From assembly GCA_025449835.1 (NCBI GenBank), contig JANWIO010000052.1, positions 183-64,182 on the forward strand: a stretch of DNA of 64,000 nt, read 5' to 3'. The notes below the pieces were generated by a model. That model had not been told where the DNA came from. It saw only the letters and a list, made by a program, of their open reading frames with translations, and did not search any database. Shown one piece after another: positions 9,774-19,150 of the stretch (the stretch's first letter is position 1; every line of letters begins with the position of its first letter). The position numbers and the translations under genes are program-made. This DNA is from Vampirovibrionales bacterium. GTDB taxonomy: Bacteria; Cyanobacteriota; Vampirovibrionia; Vampirovibrionales; JAGQHJ01.

Positions 9774-10314
9774 TCCTTTCTGTTACGAGAAACAACCGTT
9801 CGGACAATTCCACAATTCGACAAGACTCATTTTTGCCCAGTCGAGTACCTTTTACAAGAAAAAAATCTTCAAAATCATGCCCATCGCGTTTGTAATGCAC
9901 GTCATAGATGTTGTATCCCATTATGGCCAGAATAGGATTGATAAAAATGTTATGAGTCTTCAGTGTCATCCAATACATGATGACCATAAAGAATGCAAAG
10001 CTCAGCAATAGCTTTATATCAGAGAGATTCAACACGAAAAAAGAAACCATATAGGGGATACTGTAATTAATCAGTTCCCCAGAGCGATTGGAGACTGAAA
10101 CAATTGTAATCGGAGGGGTAGATACTTTCATAAAGTGGACAGAAGCCCATATCACCAGACAACTGAGAGCTGCAAGTGCGAAGATGCTCAAAACCACCCA
10201 AGGGCTCGAGAACCAATGCGTTTTTGAGTCATAATCCTGTATCAGAAAGATGATTGAGAGCGGTGAATAGGCACTGATAAAGATAAGAATGGATGAGAGA
10301 AGTCGCAGCTTCAT
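9736..10314 (-). CDS. kwaA: Kiwa anti-phage membrane protein KwaA-like
   Basis: 192 aa, about 4 TM segments; LIFISAYSPL start, YSIPY and FINPILAIMGYNIY motifs typical of KwaA. Confidence 0.75.
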   Translation of the reverse strand: MKLRLLSSILIFISAYSPLSIIFLIQDYDSKTHWFSSPWVVLSIFALAALSCLVIWASVHFMKVSTPPITIVSVSNRSGELINYSIPYMVSFFVLNLSDIKLLLSFAFFMVIMYWMTLKTHNIFINPILAIMGYNIYDVHYKRDGHDFEDFFLVKGTRLGKNESCRIVELSERLFLVTERNGVDAPSITNTR

Positions 10315-11558
10315 ACAGCAGCCTCCACCAAGACTTCCGCTTCCCGAATTCTAATTTCGCCGCACATTAGCCTGGGGAGGAGCGTATCTCGAATTTTTGA
10401 GAGGTTTTGATTTTCTTCAAGTAAAGCTTCCATTTTTGCTCTAATCGGGCGTACAATCTTTTCGAATTCAATTAACGTAGCAGAGGGTGGTAAGATTGCC
10501 CTTAATTTGGGTATATTCTTCACATTAAGGGCTTCTAAAATTGTCCCCGTATCAATGTTTAAATACATTTCAGAATGATATGTATCCGAAAAGAAGTATT
10601 GGATCAAAAAAGTTGGATAAGGATAATCATTTTTAATTCGAATACCTGTCATATTTCTACCCAACGCAGCTTTTAAATTTGGTGGAATTTGAGCGACAGC
10701 ACCCACGCGACCTACGTTAGTAATGACACAATCACCTTGAGAAGCCTCTATTCTGGAAATCCACTTTTCATACTCCTCATTTGATATCCAAAATATTTTT
10801 GACATATCAAGTAGACCATTATCTTTTATATTGTTGAGCTGAAGTAAGGGTTTTCCTTCATTTTGATACTCGGGTTTTTTAGTATGAAGGCAGTCAATAA
10901 TGTCACAAAAACTACCTAGCTCCCAAACTTCCCAACCTTTTGGAATCTCTCCCAGTTCGCTCTCTTCAAATCCATCTGGAAACAAGGCAGCAATCTCTTG
11001 AGCCAAGCCCTGTGGTTGACGACCTTCGGCTTTGGCTCGCACGGGATCAAAATCGACAAACCAGCTTTTAAACAGCGCCCGGGCAATGCCCTCCAGCGTC
11101 TCATTCATCTTCCGGTTCAGTTCGATTTTATCGTCGAGGGCAGAGAGAACTTCAGCGATAGATTCTCTTTCACCTGACTCCGGAACTCTTACTTCAATAG
11201 AATTTAAAATACTTTGATTTAAAAGTGGCTGTCCAGACCCGGTTCTGTAATCATTTAGATTTAAGCTAGAAAGTAAGTAATACCAGTATTTAGATTGTTT
11301 TAAAGATGGAGTAATGCAAGCAATGGCATTATCAGTAACCCAGCACTTTTTAGCTGAATATTGAGTACTCCCACAATAAGAGCCAACACGACCTATAATT
11401 ATTGTACCTTCATCGGCATTTACGGAGTTAGCTTGGCCAATTACTCCATTAGAGCCAAAAACATTATAAATCCCATTTGAAGAACGATCTGGGGAGGTTT
11501 TACCATTCTTAAAATTGAGTTCTTTTTCTAATCTTATGGTTTTCCATTCACCATCCAT
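10311..11558 (-). CDS. hsdS: type I restriction-modification specificity subunit S
   Basis: Two TRDs separated by the conserved LDDKIELN...FKSWFVDF...GEIPKGW spacer; C-terminal RDTLLPRLM. Confidence 0.95.
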   Translation of the reverse strand: MDGEWKTIRLEKELNFKNGKTSPDRSSNGIYNVFGSNGVIGQANSVNADEGTIIIGRVGSYCGSTQYSAKKCWVTDNAIACITPSLKQSKYWYYLLSSLNLNDYRTGSGQPLLNQSILNSIEVRVPESGERESIAEVLSALDDKIELNRKMNETLEGIARALFKSWFVDFDPVRAKAEGRQPQGLAQEIAALFPDGFEESELGEIPKGWEVWELGSFCDIIDCLHTKKPEYQNEGKPLLQLNNIKDNGLLDMSKIFWISNEEYEKWISRIEASQGDCVITNVGRVGAVAQIPPNLKAALGRNMTGIRIKNDYPYPTFLIQYFFSDTYHSEMYLNIDTGTILEALNVKNIPKLRAILPPSATLIEFEKIVRPIRAKMEALLEENQNLSKIRDTLLPRLMCGEIRIREAEVLVEAAV

Positions 11559-13230
11559 AGCCCACTCTCCCTAACTGGTGTTTCAGGTTTTGAGCCATGG
11601 TGTCACTTTCAGCCGTTTGTTTCTTCAAGGTTTGGGTAAGTCGGGTCATCTTCTCGGAGAAAGGCTCGTCGTCCTCTTGCGCCTCAGCAGTGCCTACATA
11701 TCGGCCCGGTGTTAGCACATAATCATGGTGGCGTATTTCATCCAAAGTGGCACTTTTGCAAAAGCCGGAAATGTCTCGATAACAACCGTCAGGGAATTCA
11801 GTTTTGCATGAGTTATTTTGTTCATCAAGGTGATAAGGATCTTTGAGGGGTTCACCTCGCCAGGAATGGTAAGCATCGGCAATTTTGTAAATGTCCGCTT
11901 TGCTGAGATTCCTATGAACACGGTCTTCCAGATAGCCCAGTTTCCGAGCATCAATGAATAGAATTTCTCCTCGACGATCCCGGAGCTTGGCTTCCCCATT
12001 ATATGGATACTTGATCAGCCCATTGCTACGGTCTTTAGCTAAAAACCACAAGCACACCGGAATTTGCGTTGTATAGAATAATTGTCCTGGGAGAGCCACC
12101 ATACAATCAACCAGATTCTCTTCAATCAAGTTCTTACGAATCTCGCCTTCTCCGCTGGTGTTTGAACTCATTGAGCCATTAGCCAGCACAAATCCGGCAT
12201 ATCCTCTTGGTCCGAGATGAGACACCATGTGCTGTACCCATGCCATGTTGGCATTGCCTACAGGAGGGATACCAAATTTCCAGCGAGCATCCTCCCGTAA
12301 ATGCTGACCACCCCAATCACTGATGTTAAATGGCGGATTAGCAAGAATGAAATCTGCAAAGATATCTTTGTGGAGGTCATTGTGGAAGCTATCGGCATTC
12401 TGTTTACCAAGATCGGCATCGATACCCCGAATGGCTAGATTCATCTTACACAAACGCCAGGTAGTGGGGTTGCTTTCCTGACCATAAATAGAAATATCTT
12501 TTGTGTAACCACCGTGGACTTGAATAAATTTCTCGGATTGCACAAACATACCGCCGGAACCGCAGCAAGGGTCATATACACGGCCTTTGTAAGGCTCTAG
12601 CATTTCAACCAAAACTTGAACTACTGAAGGTGGCGTGTAGAATTCTCCACCACCTTTACCCTCAGCACTGGCAAAACGTCCCAGAAAGTATTCATAAACC
12701 CGGCCCAAAATATCCTGTTTGGGTTTATTTTTCTTGTCTTTGTCTTCCAACTGGGGATCTTGCTCCTTTTGAGCAATTAATTCCAGATTACTGATGAGAT
12801 CAATAAGTTCACCTAAACGCTGTTTGTCGAGTGTAGGACGGTTATAGTCCTTGGGTAAAACGCCCTTTAAAGAAACATTCTCTCGCTCAATAGCCACCAT
12901 GGCATCATCTACAAGTTTCCCGATTTCCGGCAGCTTAGCTTTCTCTAATAAGGATTGCCATCGAGCCTCTTTTGGAACCCAAAAGACATTTTCTGCAAGA
13001 TATTCATCCCGATGTTCCGGGTCTGCACCTTCGGCTTCCTGTGCCTTTAGCTTTTGATATTGCTCATCAAATGCGTCGGAGATGTACTTCAGGAAGATCA
13101 AGCCCAAGGCCACATGCTTGTATTCGGCTGGATCCATGTGGCCACGCATCTTGTCTGCCGTCAGCCAAAGCTGCTGCTCGAACCCAAGCATAGCGGTTTT
13201 ATTCTGTTTGGATGTTTTACTAGGAGGCAT
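11548..13230 (-). CDS. hsdM: type I restriction-modification methyltransferase subunit M
   Basis: [17 protein letters not shown]-binding and NPPF catalytic motifs. Confidence 0.97.
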   Translation of the reverse strand: MPPSKTSKQNKTAMLGFEQQLWLTADKMRGHMDPAEYKHVALGLIFLKYISDAFDEQYQKLKAQEAEGADPEHRDEYLAENVFWVPKEARWQSLLEKAKLPEIGKLVDDAMVAIERENVSLKGVLPKDYNRPTLDKQRLGELIDLISNLELIAQKEQDPQLEDKDKKNKPKQDILGRVYEYFLGRFASAEGKGGGEFYTPPSVVQVLVEMLEPYKGRVYDPCCGSGGMFVQSEKFIQVHGGYTKDISIYGQESNPTTWRLCKMNLAIRGIDADLGKQNADSFHNDLHKDIFADFILANPPFNISDWGGQHLREDARWKFGIPPVGNANMAWVQHMVSHLGPRGYAGFVLANGSMSSNTSGEGEIRKNLIEENLVDCMVALPGQLFYTTQIPVCLWFLAKDRSNGLIKYPYNGEAKLRDRRGEILFIDARKLGYLEDRVHRNLSKADIYKIADAYHSWRGEPLKDPYHLDEQNNSCKTEFPDGCYRDISGFCKSATLDEIRHHDYVLTPGRYVGTAEAQEDDEPFSEKMTRLTQTLKKQTAESDTMAQNLKHQLGRVGYGW

Positions 13231-13321
13231 AGTTCACTCTCTTCTTAACATTCATCGGTTTTGTGATTCAACGCTATTTTATGACAAAAAAACGATCCTA
13301 TCATTTTTATGTGCAAGAGCC

Positions 13322-14608
13322 TTATTGTTGCATAACAGAATTGTCTTTCAGGTGTTTCCGATGCAACCAAACCATCATTCTTGTTTGTCGAGTTAAGGAT
13401 AGATGCTGTGTTTGCTGCATGAACTGGTTTAAAGGTTTCACCATGGCCAGTGCTTTTATAGCCCCACGCTCCAACATGTTGACAGGAATGGGATAACCTA
13501 AAACCTCTTTTACCGAATCCTGGACTAATCGTTGACAGTAGTCTACTGATACTGGTAATCCTCTTTTGATTGCGTAAGTGGAGGTAAATAAAAAAGGGTA
13601 GTTTGTTTGCTTTTGACGTGTTTTCAAGAATCTTAGCCATAGGGAAGCAAGCCATTGTGACGAAAGATCAATACAAAACACCCGTTCAGACCTCCCTAAA
13701 CGAGTTGGTTTTTGCTCTTGATAGGATAAAATGGCCTTTTCTTTATCATTTAACTCGATTAAAGGCAATGCCTTTAAAGGTAGTCCATAACCCATGATGA
13801 GAATTAGCATCAATGAAACGGTTAAAGAGAGTTTGTTTTGTTCAATAGCTTGCCATAGTTGGTTAATTTCGTCCTGAGTTGCTGAATAACTTATTCCTAA
13901 AGACTGATGGGACCTAATCGTAAAGTTTGGAACAGAGAAAGAACCATCTAGGGATTTGTAGTAGTGAAATAAAGGCTTTAGATTGGAGAGGATACGCTTT
14001 TTTGAGATTGGTTTGGAGTGAGGATATACATTCATCAGGTAAGTTTGGAGTTCCAAATGGGTAACGGCTTTTAAAGATGTAACTCCGCTTTCTTTCATCC
14101 AAATTTGAAAATGTTTTAATCCCAAAATACAGTCATAAACGCTACGGGAGGAGAACATATTTTCAAGTAGCCAATCGATATAATTACTGACAAAGCCTTG
14201 CTCTAAAGCTGAGAACCCTTGGACAATCCGCCACGTTTTTACCCACTGTCTTTTTTCAATAGGGGTAGCTTCACCATGGCCATGGCGACAAAAGAGTAAA
14301 TATAACCAACTGAGATCATACTGGATCTGCTTGCCGGGTATCTGTGGGCAGGCATGTCTCAAATAGACCTCTGCCTCGGCTAAACTTTTTGGGTTTGGAA
14401 TTTTGGGAATTTGAGCAAGGTCACCCAGCGCAATTAAAGTCTTAGTATGCTTGATATCGTAAGTGGTCAACCCTGACTCATGAGAAATAAACTCATATAC
14501 TGTCAATAATAAGGTTTTGTTCTGAATCCTTTGTGATGGAAACAATACCTCAATTCCATACCTTAAGCGTTCGAAATAATCCACCAAGTAATCGGGTAGC
14601 CGTTCCAT
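13322..14608 (-). CDS. degenerate tyrosine-recombinase-like protein (core-binding domain present, catalytic residues missing)
   Basis: SAM-like core-binding region (YIDWL...VTHLELQTYL...LKPLFHY); YGLP where YGLR is expected, MLER instead of HxxR, no C-terminal Tyr. Confidence 0.6.
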   Translation of the reverse strand: MERLPDYLVDYFERLRYGIEVLFPSQRIQNKTLLLTVYEFISHESGLTTYDIKHTKTLIALGDLAQIPKIPNPKSLAEAEVYLRHACPQIPGKQIQYDLSWLYLLFCRHGHGEATPIEKRQWVKTWRIVQGFSALEQGFVSNYIDWLLENMFSSRSVYDCILGLKHFQIWMKESGVTSLKAVTHLELQTYLMNVYPHSKPISKKRILSNLKPLFHYYKSLDGSFSVPNFTIRSHQSLGISYSATQDEINQLWQAIEQNKLSLTVSLMLILIMGYGLPLKALPLIELNDKEKAILSYQEQKPTRLGRSERVFCIDLSSQWLASLWLRFLKTRQKQTNYPFLFTSTYAIKRGLPVSVDYCQRLVQDSVKEVLGYPIPVNMLERGAIKALAMVKPLNQFMQQTQHLSLTRQTRMMVWLHRKHLKDNSVMQQ

Positions 14609-14928
14609 TACAAGTACCTCAGTGGGTCATCGAAGATGATAGCTGGATTATCAGGAACCTTACGAAACGGATGGATAATTTTACCACCTTGTCGGCCATG
14701 GTGACTCGGTGTCACCTGAAGATAGGTGCTTAAAGGTAATTGTAATAAATCACACAAGATTTGCGCCGTTTGTAATTTGAGCTCATGAGGTTGTTTGGAT
14801 AAGAGCTTTCTTAAAGCCTGTGGACTAATTGATATTCCCAATTCTGCCTTTAGGGCCTCATGCAGTTGATTGCCGTTGGCGATACCTTTGGCTTCCAGAC
14901 AATCTTTTAAGCGCCATATCAAGGGCAT
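14608..14928 (-). CDS. Cro/C1-type HTH DNA-binding protein
   Basis: WRLKDCLEAKGI...ISPQALRKLL...ILCDLLQLPLS pattern; stop/start overlap with the downstream gene. Confidence 0.8.
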   Translation of the reverse strand: MPLIWRLKDCLEAKGIANGNQLHEALKAELGISISPQALRKLLSKQPHELKLQTAQILCDLLQLPLSTYLQVTPSHHGRQGGKIIHPFRKVPDNPAIIFDDPLRYL

Positions 14929-14931
14929 TAA

Positions 14932-16011
14932 TCAGCACCCCAATGGGTATAACGGCAATAGATTTGATGGGGTCTTATCCTTGGAATAACCCAAGTAATG
15001 AGAAGCCGTTGATACAAAACTCCATCCAGTTATAAGCATTAGGCTTTTGATATCTCCACCTTGTTCTAAGTAGAGTGTTGCAAATGTCCTACGAAGGGCA
15101 TGCCAACCAAACCCTGAAAAAATGCTAATATCAAAGTCTGATTCTTGAATCTCTCTCAGCAATTGCCTCATCCATTGCCCGGCGGTATGAGTGCTTAATC
15201 TTTCCCCTTTTACGCTTTGGAAAAGAGGAGCTTTCCGTTCCCGAGGAAACTGTCTCAAAAAATTTTGCAGGGTTGCTTTTGCCAATGGGGATATTGGAAC
15301 TTCTCGCTTACGATAACCTGAGCCACAATTCCCTTTACCTCGGACAACCAGGCAAACGTTATCTAAAAGATTCAAGTATTGTATTTCAAGTCCAAGGATT
15401 TCATTGAGTCTTAATCCCATCTCCCCACCAATAACGCACATTAAATGGATTTGGCAGGCCTTCAATAATTCATATCCTTTGAGATTAGAGTTAATACGAC
15501 TCCATGTGTAACGCAAAAAACGCTTGTATTCGGTGGCGGTTAAATAATTACTGTTGGATTTCTGTTCATGGCTTTTTTTAGGGATAGTATAGCGATTCAC
15601 AGGTGATTGAATCGGACCATAAATGGAAGGCAGGTAAAGCGATTTTTGGCCTGTAACATGGATTGTCAGATTTTCTTGTAAAAAAATGCAATAACGTTCA
15701 ATGGCTTTAAGACAGGCGGTTGCTCTTGTTTTTGGAGAAATATCCCGATAACAGGATTCGACGATTTTAGAAGCCAATAGCGGGTTTCCAATATCAAAGG
15801 TATCCACGGGACGTTGAATACTTGGAATTTTTTCATCATTGATTTGTACTTGCTGAAAAACATCATTCAATCGACGAAATTGTTGTTCTCGATATCGCTT
15901 GGTTAGGTTGCGATGATAGAAGCTCGCTTCGTATGCGCTTAAAGCCAGTTGATGGTGTAAAGGACGATCAACCTGATAAACATCTGGTGTGGTTTGAACA
16001 GAACTTATCAT
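14932..16011 (-). CDS. tyrosine recombinase/integrase (catalytically intact)
   Basis: MGLRLNE (R), RGKG (K), HALRRTFAT (HxxR), GW...TASHY (W,Y). Confidence 0.9.
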   Translation of the reverse strand: MISSVQTTPDVYQVDRPLHHQLALSAYEASFYHRNLTKRYREQQFRRLNDVFQQVQINDEKIPSIQRPVDTFDIGNPLLASKIVESCYRDISPKTRATACLKAIERYCIFLQENLTIHVTGQKSLYLPSIYGPIQSPVNRYTIPKKSHEQKSNSNYLTATEYKRFLRYTWSRINSNLKGYELLKACQIHLMCVIGGEMGLRLNEILGLEIQYLNLLDNVCLVVRGKGNCGSGYRKREVPISPLAKATLQNFLRQFPRERKAPLFQSVKGERLSTHTAGQWMRQLLREIQESDFDISIFSGFGWHALRRTFATLYLEQGGDIKSLMLITGWSFVSTASHYLGYSKDKTPSNLLPLYPLGC

Positions 16012-16191
16012 TGCTTTATCTCATTATGGAAACTGAAGGTTTCTTTATCTATGGCAACCCATGGTTTCTCAAGGTTCAGAAACTAACAGAACAGAACTTC
16101 TTGCTTTTAGGCAACTGATGGATTTTGAGTAGAAGCCACAGAATTTTGTTGTAGTCTTTAATCTACTTGAGCAGGTAGCTTTTTGTTGTGG

Positions 16192-16563
16192 TTATTGGGA
16201 CCCCTTGATTTGTCGTCTTATTAGTGTGTTGGTTCTTAGGTTATTTTCAATCCAGAGATTTAAATCGCTCATCCGATAGCGAACATTCCTTCCTAGTTTG
16301 ACGAACTTTGGCCCATCACCCCGCATTCGACCTTGACGCAGCCAAGCGCACGAGCAACTTAAGACTATTGCAGCCTCTTTTTCGTTTAAAAGCTTCTCGT
16401 CAGTACCCGTATTAGGCGGTACTTCATCTGGTTTTACTGAGGGCTTCTCAACCTTTTCAGGTTTTGAGTAACTCTTTATCGCAGATTCCAGATCAGACAA
16501 TGCCATTTTCAGGTATTTTTCTAGGCTTTTGAGCAGAAAAAGCTTTTCTTCGTTTTCAAGCAT
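16192..16563 (-). CDS. AlpA/excisionase-like HTH protein with N-terminal extension
   Basis: LLNEKEAAIVL...LRQGRMRGDGPKFVKLGRNVRYRMSDLNLWI signature. Confidence 0.85.
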   Translation of the reverse strand: MLENEEKLFLLKSLEKYLKMALSDLESAIKSYSKPEKVEKPSVKPDEVPPNTGTDEKLLNEKEAAIVLSCSCAWLRQGRMRGDGPKFVKLGRNVRYRMSDLNLWIENNLRTNTLIRRQIKGSQ

Positions 16564-16789
16564 TGTTCAGCCCCCTGGATTGAGCTGTACTCGTGGCTTT
16601 ACCCTTAGCGTTAAGCCATTTATCTAGATCCTCTCGATAATAAAAAATCCTTCCTCGCTTAATAAATTCTGGCCCAGTACCCTGACATCTCATCATTGCT
16701 AGAGTCTTTTCAGATAATCCTAGGTAGGACGCAGCATTTTTAGTATCTAAACGGCCATCTGGAAATGTTGATATGCTTATGGAGTCCAT
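16556..16789 (-). CDS. AlpA/excisionase-like HTH protein
   Basis: LDTKNAASYLGLSEKTLAMMRCQGTGPEFIKRGRIFYYREDLDKWL signature. Confidence 0.88.
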   Translation of the reverse strand: MDSISISTFPDGRLDTKNAASYLGLSEKTLAMMRCQGTGPEFIKRGRIFYYREDLDKWLNAKGKATSTAQSRGLNNA

Positions 16790-16911
16790 ATATACGCCTC
16801 TCTGCCAATTAATACATAAATATAGAGAATAAAGTAATTATTTAGAATACAATAAACTAGTTATTGACAGATTGCAATATTTAGGGAGAAAATAGAACTT
16901 GATAGAACTAG

Positions 16912-17709
16912 ATGGAGAAAGCAATGCCTCGAAAGCCATTGAAAGAGGGACAACCCAAGGTTGAAGCCCTGACGATGCGAATTAGCCCCAAAATGAAATT
17001 TGGGCTTGATCTCCTTTGTAGAAAGCAACACCGAAATCTTACCTCTGTGATGGAGTGGGCTCTAGAGAAAGCTTTAAAAGATATCAATGATGGATTGGCA
17101 ATGGAAATCGAGACATTAGATGGGCGTACAAAGCTTGTTCCAGCTCTGGATAGGCTTTGGCACACTGAAGAATGTGGAAGACTTGCCAATATAGCATTCT
17201 ATTGGCCAAGTTTGCTAACCTATGAAGAAGACTATATATGGCAAATTATCTCTAAAAATGCCTACTATTGGCGGGTTAGGGAATACGAATCTGAGATAAA
17301 TTCCCAAAAACGCAACAGTTTAACCTGGGCTCCAATTCCAGGATTGCTTCTGATTGATAAGGTTAGACAGGATTGGCCAATCCTAAAAAAAATTCGTGAT
17401 GAGCAAAGTGATCCGCTTATACTACCTTATTTTGTCCCTGGGGAACAACCAGAGCCACCAGAGTGGTTCTCAATCGAGAAAAATACAATTCCAAGCAATT
17501 TGCTAAACAAGCTGGATATCGTAAAAGTTAAGATTTTCCCCTCTCAGGATACTCAAGAAATGAAGTATAAACATGAACACAATAACCAAATCAAAACTCT
17601 TATAGAAACTTTGGAATTAAAACTTGGGAATACGACAGAAGCAGAGGAGCTTATTGAGGAAATTACTGAACGTCTTGAGCAATCTCCCCCATATTATTAT
17701 CGATACTAA
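16912..17709 (+). CDS. island regulator-like protein (N-terminal ribbon-helix-helix-like region)
   Basis: EALTMRISPKMKFGLDLLCRKQHRNLTSVMEWAL; divergent from the xis-like genes and upstream of int. Confidence 0.6.
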   Translation: MEKAMPRKPLKEGQPKVEALTMRISPKMKFGLDLLCRKQHRNLTSVMEWALEKALKDINDGLAMEIETLDGRTKLVPALDRLWHTEECGRLANIAFYWPSLLTYEEDYIWQIISKNAYYWRVREYESEINSQKRNSLTWAPIPGLLLIDKVRQDWPILKKIRDEQSDPLILPYFVPGEQPEPPEWFSIEKNTIPSNLLNKLDIVKVKIFPSQDTQEMKYKHEHNNQIKTLIETLELKLGNTTEAEELIEEITERLEQSPPYYYRY

Positions 17710-17724
17710 AGAGACTTTATACTT

Positions 17725-19023
17725 ATGTCCCAAAAATTTACGAAACTGACCCGAATCAATCTCCGAAAGCTGCAACCCGGCCAGCGGTTAAATGAACATG
17801 GCATTATTTTTGAGCGCCTTGCAGATGGAGATGGTCGGTACAGCATTAACATAATGGTTGATGGGGTGCGGATCCACCGGTCTGTAGGCAAGGAGTCCGA
17901 GGGAGTAACACTGACACAGGCACAGGAATTGGTCGAAAAACTAAAAACGGATGCCAGAATGGGGCGGTTAAACCTACCCAAGAACAGAAAAACCTATTTA
18001 AGATTTGAGGAAGCTGCCAACAAGTATCTTGCAAAGCTTGGAGAAGAAGCGGGCAAAGATATCCCTCGGAAAAAGCAGCGTCTAGATCTTTATTTGATAC
18101 CCTTTTTCAAAGGTAAACCTCTGGATAAGATTACCAATTTTGACGTTGAACGGTATAAAAAGGTTCGCATTGATGCCAAGGCATCCAATGGAACCATTAA
18201 CAGGGAGTTGTCCACCTTATCACATCTTCTCAATAAGGCGATGGAATGGGGTTGGATTCATCATAGACCCTGTCAGATAAGGCGCCTAAAAGAGAACAGA
18301 GGTCGGATTGAATGGCTGACCAAAGAAGAGGTACAGAAGCTCCTGAAAGCAGCGAAAGTGGATGATTTCCCTTATGTTTACCCATTTATAGTCATTGCAC
18401 TTGAAACAGCGATGCGACGCATGGAGATTCTTTCTATTGAGATCGAGAATATCAATTTTGAGAAGCGGACGATCTATATCCCCAAAGCAAAAGCCGGAGC
18501 GAGAGAGGCATATATCAGTGAAAACCTTGAGAAATTCTTGAAAAATTACATTGAGCAAACAGTCAAACCTGGACAAAAATGGTTGTTCCCTACAGCAAAT
18601 CAAAAATTGTCTTCTACCGGACATCTGATGAATATCGAAAGACCATTTCGGCGTGTTGTTAAAACTGCCGGACTGGATGCTGCTAAAGTGGTACGTCATA
18701 CATTAAGGCATACCGCCATCAGTCACTTAGTACAAGCAGGGATTGATCTTCCAACGGTAAAGAGAATCTCCGGGCACAAAACGTTGCAAATGGTGGAGCG
18801 ATACAGCCACCAAAATCAGGAGCATATTCAGTTCGCATTAAAACGGCTGGACGATCGCTATCCGATCTTTGATGAAAGCAGCAGTCCAGATTACACCAAA
18901 ATTACACAAAACAAAAAAAATAAGCCTTCAAAGAAACAGCGAAAACCCTTATCTAAGAAGAGTGGCCCCAGTAGGATTCGAACCTACAACCAAGCGATTA
19001 TGAGTCGCCTGCTCCACCATTGA
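17725..19023 (+). CDS. int: tyrosine integrase of the island
   Basis: TAMRRME (R), KAK (K), HTLRH (HxxR), GH...ERY (H,Y); ORF overlaps the att core and the antisense strand of the tRNA. Confidence 0.95.
   Translation: MSQKFTKLTRINLRKLQPGQRLNEHGIIFERLADGDGRYSINIMVDGVRIHRSVGKESEGVTLTQAQELVEKLKTDARMGRLNLPKNRKTYLRFEEAANKYLAKLGEEAGKDIPRKKQRLDLYLIPFFKGKPLDKITNFDVERYKKVRIDAKASNGTINRELSTLSHLLNKAMEWGWIHHRPCQIRRLKENRGRIEWLTKEEVQKLLKAAKVDDFPYVYPFIVIALETAMRRMEILSIEIENINFEKRTIYIPKAKAGAREAYISENLEKFLKNYIEQTVKPGQKWLFPTANQKLSSTGHLMNIERPFRRVVKTAGLDAAKVVRHTLRHTAISHLVQAGIDLPTVKRISGHKTLQMVERYSHQNQEHIQFALKRLDDRYPIFDESSSPDYTKITQNKKNKPSKKQRKPLSKKSGPSRIRTYNQAIMSRLLHH
18889..18910 (+). promoter_or_regulatory. putative integrase arm-type binding sites
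   Basis: gattacaccaaaattacacaaa, matching 4178-4199 in the same orientation. Confidence 0.65.
18961..19005. repeat. att core, right copy
   Basis: Identical to 4006-4050; begins at the anticodon stem-loop in tRNA orientation. Confidence 0.95.
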
Positions 19024-19034
19024 GCTATAGGGCC
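18963..19034 (-). tRNA. tRNA-Ile2 (CAT, lysidine type); CCA not encoded
   Basis: GGCCCTATAGCTCAATGGTGGAGCAGGCGACTCATAATCGCTTGGTTGTAGGTTCGAATCCTACTGGGGCCA folds to a cloverleaf; GGCCC acceptor and GGCGA-CTCATAA-TCGCT arm resemble E. coli ileX. Confidence 0.9.
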
Positions 19035-19150
19035 ACCAAAACAATATGGCTATTGTACCGTGATTTTCACGGTTCACCAAGACACAACTTGAGGCTTTAC
19101 CGCTGACCTTGATTTGAAAGCATTGGCCCTCTTGGTGCTTTGCAGAATCT

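Larger units (their letters stand above)
4006..19005. mobile_element. tRNA-Ile2-integrated genomic island (defence island), ~14,955 bp excisable unit
   Basis: Exact 45-bp direct repeat at 4006-4050 and 18961-19005 (3' part of tRNA); integrase adjacent to the tRNA; Xis-like genes; R-M/Kiwa cargo. Confidence 0.93.

Noticed and set aside
13245..13655. 136-aa ORF overlapping the dead recombinase C-terminus (possible frameshifted catalytic end)
   Set aside because: The translation shows no HxxR or GH...Y recombinase motifs; treated as a shadow ORF.
10311..16011. Phase-variable hsdS shufflon driven by the adjacent recombinase
   Set aside because: Only one hsdS; no silent TRD copies or inverted repeats were seen around it.
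13322..16011. Canonical RIT element or Tn554
   Set aside because: The middle gene is a small HTH, not a third recombinase; no clear long terminal inverted repeats were found.
18963..19034. tRNA-Met call for the CAT anticodon
   Set aside because: No initiator features (C1:A72 mismatch, GGG/CCC anticodon stem); the sequence resembles Ile2-type tRNAs.
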